This document shows, in pieces, positions 57,991 to 64,000 of a DNA stretch of 64,000 bases. Each line of letters opens with the position of its first letter. The stretch's first letter is position 1. The notes beneath the pieces were generated by a model. That model was not told the origin of the DNA. It did not search any database and worked only from the letters and a program-made list of their open reading frames with translations. The DNA lies in assembly GCA_965649265.1 (NCBI GenBank), contig CBFGKC010000004.1, forward strand, positions 90,590 through 154,589. The letters are read 5' to 3'. The DNA comes from a candidate division WOR-3 bacterium. Its GTDB lineage: Bacteria; Hydrothermota; Tepidihabitantia; B3-TA06. The translations under genes and the position numbers were made by a program.

Positions 57991-58398
57991 TCAGGGCAGG
58001 ATTCGCTGGCCGTACCATTCTCCCGTATGGTCAATTTCGAGCTCTGCCCATTTGCCTTCGGCCCGACCGGGCTTGTAGTTCACATCGAAGTATCCCTCCC
58101 ACGATGCCACTACGTTACCCTTGTGATCGTAGGCGACTCCTTTGATTATTTTGTAGATGCCGTGTCCTTCATATGTTAAGTCAGCCAAGAGTTTACCGTA
58201 TTCCGAGTCGTCGCCTAATGACCATTTACCTTCAAAGTGGGGGGCCGCCGGGCCAAGCGGGTCATCGTATAGTGTGCCGGCCCATATACCCTCATGGTCG
58301 CCCCAGAACTTGCCTTCCCAATCCGTATTCGCCGCAACAAGAGAGCTTGCGCCAAGGGCAACGAGGAGCGTTGCAAAGATGAATAACTTTTTTTTCAT
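57991..58398 (-). CDS. Secreted GxWxG-repeat paralogue A3
   Basis: ATG at 58398 after GGAGG, WEGKFWGD, GIWAGTLYD, GEWYGQRILP. Confidence 0.92.
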   Translation of the reverse strand: MKKKLFIFATLLVALGASSLVAANTDWEGKFWGDHEGIWAGTLYDDPLGPAAPHFEGKWSLGDDSEYGKLLADLTYEGHGIYKIIKGVAYDHKGNVVASWEGYFDVNYKPGRAEGKWAELEIDHTGEWYGQRILP

Positions 58399-58518
58399 CG
58401 TATCCTCCATACTTGTTTTGTTTATTGTCGCCCTGCCTCATACACGCTGGTTTTGAGGCCGGCCATTTCCGAATGGCTACGGCCGGGTTAGATTCGGATT
58501 AACCTTCTGAAGTTAATA

Positions 58519-58917
58519 TCAAGGCAGTATTCGGTTGCCTTGCCATTTGCCGCATCTATCGACGTCAACCAACGTCCAGCTACCTTCGGCATAGCCTGGT
58601 TTTATGTTCTGATCAAAGTAGCCGTCCCAGACGCCAATTTTGTTGCCATCCGAGTCGTAGATGGTTCCTGTTACGATCTTGAAGATGCCGTGACCGGCGT
58701 ATTCCAGAACCGCATATAGTGTTCCTTCTTCTCCAGTCTCTTCACAAGTCCAACCGCCTTTGAAGATGGGTGGATCCTGTTCGTTGTCGTACAGTGTGCC
58801 TTTCCAGGTACCCGCATTGTCGCCCCAGAATTTTCCATGCCAGTCGGTAGCTGCAGAAAGGGCACTTGCTCCGAGAAGGATTGAGAGTGCAGTCAAAATG
58901 AGAAATGTTTTTTTCAT
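58519..58917 (-). CDS. Secreted GxWxG-repeat paralogue A2
   Basis: ATG at 58917 after AAGGAGG, WHGKFWGD, GTWKGTLYD, GKWQGNRILP. Confidence 0.92.
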   Translation of the reverse strand: MKKTFLILTALSILLGASALSAATDWHGKFWGDNAGTWKGTLYDNEQDPPIFKGGWTCEETGEEGTLYAVLEYAGHGIFKIVTGTIYDSDGNKIGVWDGYFDQNIKPGYAEGSWTLVDVDRCGKWQGNRILP

Positions 58918-58972
58918 GTCTCCTCCTTGTTTTTTCAATTTGTCGCCGCTCCCAGAATACACATGGAAGGAC

Positions 58973-59000
58973 GGGCGTCATCAAAGCTTTGATGACGCCC
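58973..59000. repeat. Perfect 28-bp palindrome in an array spacer
   Basis: GGGCGTCATCAAAG|CTTTGATGACGCCC; GC-rich hairpins also at 57931-57961 and 58459-58486. Confidence 0.9.
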
Positions 59001-59129
59001 GCCCAGAATAGGTTTAGTAGCCGCTTAAGCCCATTACGCTTTCAAATACAATCTTACTCGTCTTCAAAATGGCAAAGCGACTTCTCAATTTGTTCTTATT
59101 GTCTTTGTTCATGCTCCGGAATGGGCTTT

Positions 59130-59510
59130 TTAAATGCTCCATCCAGACCATTTGCCTGTTTCGCCCGTTTCGAGCGTCCAGGTGCCTTTAGCTAATTCAT
59201 CGTTAACGGCAGGGAAAGTTCCCTCCCATTTGCCGATGACGTTGTATTCTTTGTCAAGGATAGGCCCGGTGACTACATAGTAGTTACCTACGAGTTCGAT
59301 GGTCTCGCCTCTCATATAGCCGTGGGGAGGGGGATCAGTAGGCGATGAGACTTCCCAGGTTCCCCAGAACGGCGGATCGACGTAAGGGGAAAGAGTCCCG
59401 GCCCATGTGCCACTGATGTCCCCGTCGAACGTTCCGGACCAGTTTGAAGCTACAAGACCGCTTGCTCCGATTGTTAGAAGGGCTGCAATAATGAGGGCTT
59501 TTTTAAGCAT
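59130..59510 (-). CDS. Secreted GxWxG-repeat paralogue A1 (first gene of the array)
   Basis: Signal IGASGLVA, WSGTFDGD, GTWAGTL, GKWEGTF, GKWSG. Confidence 0.92.
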   Translation of the reverse strand: MLKKALIIAALLTIGASGLVASNWSGTFDGDISGTWAGTLSPYVDPPFWGTWEVSSPTDPPPHGYMRGETIELVGNYYVVTGPILDKEYNVIGKWEGTFPAVNDELAKGTWTLETGETGKWSGWSI

Positions 59511-59562
59511 AAAAACCTCCGATGCGGTTTAGTTTTTAAGCCCACCCTTTATCCTGCGGGGA

Positions 59563-59590
59563 ATTATAGACCAAACATTGGTTTTGTCAA
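59563..59590 (-). promoter_or_regulatory. Consensus sigma70 promoter heading the array, with an inverted repeat in the spacer
   Basis: TTGACA-AAACCAATGTTTGGTC-TATAAT; ACCAA-N3-TTGGT. Confidence 0.88.
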
Positions 59591-59861
59591 CTGTTGTAAA
59601 AAGTTAATCAAATATGATAGTTGCTTTAGTTTTTATATCAAAAAAAGCCTTCAAGGATAATTTATTGTTAAATATATTTAGAATGGAAATTTTGAACAAA
59701 TGTCACTCGTCGCGGTGTGGGATTCGGTAAGAATAGAATTCAACGGAGACTTCCTGCAAATACTTTTCGACCTGTTGATCTGATTCAGAATATCCAGGGT
59801 ATCTTCGTGCGGAATGGGAATTAATCGTTGACAGGCCATGCTTCGAGTATAATATAAAAAC

Positions 59862-60263
59862 ATGGGTTTCCTTGAACGCCTCAAGACTCGCGCGCGAAAA
59901 ATCAAGTGCGATACCTATGCTCTCTGGCTCGCGTACCGCCATCCTCGCACACCCTTGTATGCAAAGGTTTTTTCAGTTTGCGTTGTCGCTTATGCCCTGA
60001 GCCCCGTAGACCTCATTCCCGATTTCATACCGGTACTCGGATATCTCGACGATCTCATCCTTGTCCCTTTGGGTATCTTTCTTGCCCTCCGTATGATCCC
60101 AAGTGATGTAATGGCCGAGTGTCGTGCAAAAGCGGAGGCGGAGTCCTCAATCAAACTCAAGAAGAACTGGACGGCTGGCGCGATAATCATCCTGATCTGG
60201 TTATCTCTGCTTGCTCTTATAGGTTTCCTCGTCTGGAAAGCGTTTCCCCGTAACACCCCGTAA
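59862..60263 (+). CDS. YkvA/DUF1232 family membrane protein
   Basis: YALSPVDLIPDFIPVLGYLDD. Confidence 0.95.
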   Translation: MGFLERLKTRARKIKCDTYALWLAYRHPRTPLYAKVFSVCVVAYALSPVDLIPDFIPVLGYLDDLILVPLGIFLALRMIPSDVMAECRAKAEAESSIKLKKNWTAGAIIILIWLSLLALIGFLVWKAFPRNTP

Positions 60264-60371
60264 CACCCGTAACACCCCGTACCCCTACGGGGTATTTTCA
60301 TATGCAGCTTTGTCTAAGGAAATAACACCCGTAACATCCGTAAATCCCGTAAAATCCGTAGCACCCATAAC
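60246..60371. repeat. 9-10 bp (C)CCCGTAACA mini-satellite in two blocks
   Basis: 60246-60292 and 60323-60371; reverse complement matches 31673-31712. Confidence 0.8.
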
Positions 60372-60541
60372 TCACTAATCAGCACCAGAGACAGGCTGAG
60401 TGGCGTGATACGTCTTCCGCCATCTGATCCTGTATCATTCTTAAACAAGCCTGGCAACAGCCCTTTGACATGTTTCCTGAGCCGTATATACTTCTATAAG
60501 GGGAGGGTGGTCAAAAATCTCTTAGTATGCAAGGAGGAAGA

Positions 60542-61681
60542 ATGTCAAAAAAAGGTTTTGCAATTATCTCCCTTTCCATAATCCCTCTCATGCTTTCGGC
60601 TCAGGCCGATTCGCTCTACCGGCCCATATCGGCATCGTGTGTGCCGGGAATTTCGTCAAACGGTTTCCCTGGAACCAACGTCACGACTAACTTCTCTTTC
60701 AACGTCCTCGGCGGCATCAATGCCGGAGTCGTGGGTTTCGAACTCGGTTCCCTTCTTAATATCAACGCGAAAGGTATGACAGGTTTTCAAATCTCAGGCA
60801 TCACAAACTTCACGGGAGGCAACGTCTCCGGTGTACAGATAGCTGGGGTTAACAACCTCGTGATTGGCGACGTGAACGTCGCTCACCTTGCGGGCGTTTT
60901 CAACGTCGCATTAGGAAACCTGAACGGAGCCCAGCTTGCGGGCGTTTTCAATATCGCAGGCGGGCAGGTCAATGGCGCACAGCTTGCCGGCGTTTTCAAT
61001 CTGGCCGTCGGTGGTGTCAAAGGAGCCCAGCTCGCAGGTCCTTTGAACATCTCTATCGGCGATGCGCCAGTGCAGCTCGGCGTGACTAACATCGAGACGG
61101 GCCAGACCTTTACCCAGCTGGGCGTAACCAACATCGCCATCAAATCCAGCGGTCTTCAGCTCGGCGTCTTCAACTTCGCGGCAGAGCAGGAGGGGGTCCC
61201 CATAGGAATAGTGAGTGTTGCCGGCGACGGCTGGTATCACTTGACCTTCTGGGCGGATGAGACGGCCCCCGTGAGCGTTGGCTTCAAGATGGGCTCAAAG
61301 CACATCTACAACATCTACACTTACGGCTACAATCCTCTTGGCGATACAAAGCACTCGCGATTCGGCCTCGGGCTCGGAACCCGCATACCTCTTGATCCTT
61401 TCTATGTCGATGTCGATGCGATAGCATACCAGATGAATGAAGGTGTGAGTCCCTGGGGCATCACCGGCTACAACGGTTTAAGCCAATTGCGAATCATGGC
61501 CGGTTTGAGTATCCTGCCCGGACTTAGAATCTTTGCGGGTCCCACTCTCAACGTCTGGAATTCATCCCAGTTTGACGGGGAAACCATCCCGTCCTTCGGT
61601 CTCTTCCTCGCTGATTTTGACGCTCAAGGGTTCTATACCGACATCTGGCTTGGATTCTCGCTCGGCGTAGAGGTTTTCTAG
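60542..61681 (+). CDS. Secreted or outer-membrane protein with 15-aa GAQLAGVFN repeats
   Basis: Signal peptide, tandem G(A/V/F)Q(L/I)xGxxN repeats, beta-rich C-terminus ending in F. Confidence 0.85.
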   Translation: MSKKGFAIISLSIIPLMLSAQADSLYRPISASCVPGISSNGFPGTNVTTNFSFNVLGGINAGVVGFELGSLLNINAKGMTGFQISGITNFTGGNVSGVQIAGVNNLVIGDVNVAHLAGVFNVALGNLNGAQLAGVFNIAGGQVNGAQLAGVFNLAVGGVKGAQLAGPLNISIGDAPVQLGVTNIETGQTFTQLGVTNIAIKSSGLQLGVFNFAAEQEGVPIGIVSVAGDGWYHLTFWADETAPVSVGFKMGSKHIYNIYTYGYNPLGDTKHSRFGLGLGTRIPLDPFYVDVDAIAYQMNEGVSPWGITGYNGLSQLRIMAGLSILPGLRIFAGPTLNVWNSSQFDGETIPSFGLFLADFDAQGFYTDIWLGFSLGVEVF

Positions 61682-61844
61682 TCCGCACTTGTCTGAATAG
61701 AATAATAAGCCAGTGGTTCAGTTTATTGGTATCTTAATTGCAATTCACAAGAACTTGCCGGACTCTGGGCTTGACACACCTTGTGAGAGGCTTATATTTG
61801 GATCATAGTTGCGCGAGAATAACAACAATATGTTAGGAGGATTT

Positions 61845-63881
61845 GTGGCTTCAAAAAAGCGTTTCATGAAAGCCGAAGATCTTTATGACTTTGAACTTAT
61901 CTCGGGCAACCAGCTGTCACCCGAAGGCAAATGGGTTGTCTACTCCCAGCAACGTGTAGACCGTAAGACAGAAAAGAAATACTCGAACCTATGGATAGTC
62001 CCCACCGAAAAAGAAAAGCCAAGGCAGTTCACGTACGGCAACCAGGTCGATGTATCTCCAAAATGGTCGCCTGACGGCTCCCAAATCGCTTTTCTCTCAA
62101 ACCGAGGGAACGAGCGGCAGCCGCAGATATATGTTATTTCTGTTTCAGGCGGAGAAGCCCGGCAGCTTACAAACATGGAAGGAACAATCGCATCTTTCGA
62201 GTGGTCGCCCGACGGAAAGTCGTTTGTGTTCATGTTCCGCAAGAAAGACGCCGAAATCGCAGAGATCGAAAAGGACGAACGCAAGAAGAAACTGGGCGTC
62301 GTGGCCCGGCACTTTACGCGTGTCTTCTTTAAGGATAACGACGAGGGCTTTCTGCCAAAGGAACACTGGCATATCTGGATCGCCGACGCGAAATCGGGCA
62401 AGGCGAAGCCGCTCACGGAAGGCGATTTCTACGACGAATTCTTGCCCCAGTTTTCACCCGACTCGAAGCGCGTTATTTTCTGCTCAAATCGCGCCAAGGA
62501 CCCCGATTTCGACGTTGACGCGATCGATATCTATGTTGTTCCGGCAAAGGGAGGAAAGCTTACAAAGATACCTACGCCGTATGGATTCAAGGCATCGCCT
62601 GTTTTCTCTCACGACGGTAAAATGATCGCTTACGTAGGCAAGGAAGGCCGCGGTCAGTGGTGGAAGCAGACACGCATGTGGGTGGTCTCTGCCGACGGTA
62701 AAGGCAAGGCTCGTTCGCTCACCGCTCGCCACGACTTCAATGTCTCCGCCTGGACGATAAACGATTTGGGGCACATAGAGCAGTCGCCGCCGACTTGGTC
62801 GTCTGACTCCGGCAAACTCTATTTCCAGGTTGCCCACCACGGCTCGACACTTCTAAAATCTGTCGACCTCTCTGGAAAAATAGAGGACATCATTAACTGG
62901 CAGGGTGTTGTCGGTGCATTCCAGTTTTCCAAAGATTTCGAGAAGCTTTCCTATTTCTTCGGCAACATGTTCGATCCCGGACAGATATGGGTCAAGGATA
63001 AGAAATCCGTAAAACCCAGAAAACTGACTGAAGCCAACAAGAAAATCCTGGAGTCCGTGAATTTCGGAAAGGTCGAGGAACTGTGGTTCCGGGATGCCGA
63101 TAACACCATGGACCTTCAGGGTTGGGTAATACATCCCCCGGATTTCGACCCGAAAAAGAAGTATCCCTCCATCCTCGAAATCCACGGCGGACCCAGGGTG
63201 CCGTACGGCAATTTCATGATGCACGAGTTCTTCTTCCTCGCTGCACAGGGCTACGTCGTCTACTTCTCTAACCCGCGCGGCGGGCAGGGCTACGGCGAAA
63301 AGCACTCGAAGGCCATATGGAACGACTGGGGAAACAAGGATTACATCGATCTCATGAAATGGGCTGACTTGATCTCCCGAAGACCCTATATCGACCCAAA
63401 GAAGATGGGCGTCACTGGCGGTTCCTACGGCGGTTTCATGACCAACTGGATAATCGGACACACTGACCGTTTCGCCGCCGCAGTCACCCAGCGCTCGGTC
63501 TCAAACCTCATCTCCATGTGGGGCTCTTCGGACGGCAACTGGGTCTTCGAGTTGGAATTCGGTGAGCGTTCACCTTTCGAGAACGTGGCCAACTACTGGA
63601 GGCAGTCGCCCATGAAATACATCGGCAATGCGAAAACGCCCACGCTCGTGGTCCATTCCGAGAACGACTTTCGCTGCGCGATTGAGCAAGGTGAACAGGT
63701 ATTCGTCGCCCTGAAAAAACTGGGCGTGCCGACCGAGATGGTCCGCTTTCCTGACGAAACGCACGAGCTTTCGCGCTCGGGACGTACCGACCGCAGAATC
63801 GCACGTCTCAATCACATCCTTCGCTGGTTCGATATCTATCTCAAGGGAAAGAAGGAAGAGCCGAAGAAAGTCAAACGCTGA
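61845..63881 (+). CDS. S9 family peptidase (acylaminoacyl/dipeptidyl peptidase) with PD40 propeller
   Basis: WSPDG repeats, IHGGP, GGSYGG nucleophile, NDFRC, ETHEL; AGGAGG RBS and GTG start at 61845. Confidence 0.95.
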   Translation: MASKKRFMKAEDLYDFELISGNQLSPEGKWVVYSQQRVDRKTEKKYSNLWIVPTEKEKPRQFTYGNQVDVSPKWSPDGSQIAFLSNRGNERQPQIYVISVSGGEARQLTNMEGTIASFEWSPDGKSFVFMFRKKDAEIAEIEKDERKKKLGVVARHFTRVFFKDNDEGFLPKEHWHIWIADAKSGKAKPLTEGDFYDEFLPQFSPDSKRVIFCSNRAKDPDFDVDAIDIYVVPAKGGKLTKIPTPYGFKASPVFSHDGKMIAYVGKEGRGQWWKQTRMWVVSADGKGKARSLTARHDFNVSAWTINDLGHIEQSPPTWSSDSGKLYFQVAHHGSTLLKSVDLSGKIEDIINWQGVVGAFQFSKDFEKLSYFFGNMFDPGQIWVKDKKSVKPRKLTEANKKILESVNFGKVEELWFRDADNTMDLQGWVIHPPDFDPKKKYPSILEIHGGPRVPYGNFMMHEFFFLAAQGYVVYFSNPRGGQGYGEKHSKAIWNDWGNKDYIDLMKWADLISRRPYIDPKKMGVTGGSYGGFMTNWIIGHTDRFAAAVTQRSVSNLISMWGSSDGNWVFELEFGERSPFENVANYWRQSPMKYIGNAKTPTLVVHSENDFRCAIEQGEQVFVALKKLGVPTEMVRFPDETHELSRSGRTDRRIARLNHILRWFDIYLKGKKEEPKKVKR

Positions 63882-63952
63882 CTGTCAAGGTCGATAGGCG
63901 CACTCGGCGATAAAGAGAATTCTTAAAGATGGTTCTTTCCTTGGCGTCGATT

Positions 63953-63976
63953 GCGCATCTTAGATTGCGCTTTTTT
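63953..63976 (+). terminator. Probable terminator after the S9 peptidase
   Basis: GCGCATCT/AGATTGCGC imperfect hairpin followed by T6. Confidence 0.6.
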
Positions 63977-64000
63977 GGCTTGACACCACAGGATATTAGA

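Noticed and set aside
55907-59510. Integron cassette array or CRISPR-like array
   Set aside because: Spacers lack consistent RYYYAAC...GTTRRRY attC boxes, no intI or cas gene is in the window, and the repeated units are whole protein genes.

Overview
64 kb of bacterial chromosome from a diderm, probably anaerobic organism. LptE, an outer-membrane beta-barrel, a PorX homologue, many Fe-S proteins and GDH fit an FCB-associated candidate lineage such as WOR-3/TA06 (inference only). From left to right: (1) the 3' end of an AT-rich OLD-family ATPase/TOPRIM nuclease gene, palindromic repeats and 11-bp phased repeats next to the 3' end of tRNA-Glu(CTC), probably an island edge; (2) housekeeping genes (MATE, GNAT, lptE, rlmD, amidohydrolase, radical SAM, HAD, CPBP); (3) a porX-like/lutA/lutB/Ldh2 operon; (4) a sigma-54 operon (twin Cys-motif protein, active GDH, pseudo-GDH) beside its NtrC-type two-component pair; (5) an accessory stretch of methyltransferases, VOC, Fe-S, CDF and CASTOR/POLLUX-like genes. 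The best candidate for an undescribed system is at 41-60 kb. A ~1680-aa Ser/Thr kinase-P-loop ATPase-TPR-GAF-sigma54 activator is followed by a perfect sigma-54 promoter and two small secreted Gly/Trp-rich proteins. About 8 kb away lies a tandem array of seven paralogous secreted G-x-W-x-G proteins. Eight of these nine genes carry a related GTGT...AGGGYGAMAA leader motif. Across the window, more than 20 sigma-70-type promoters have a 16-bp spacer and about ten genes look leaderless. All calls come from reading motifs by eye; no searches were run.
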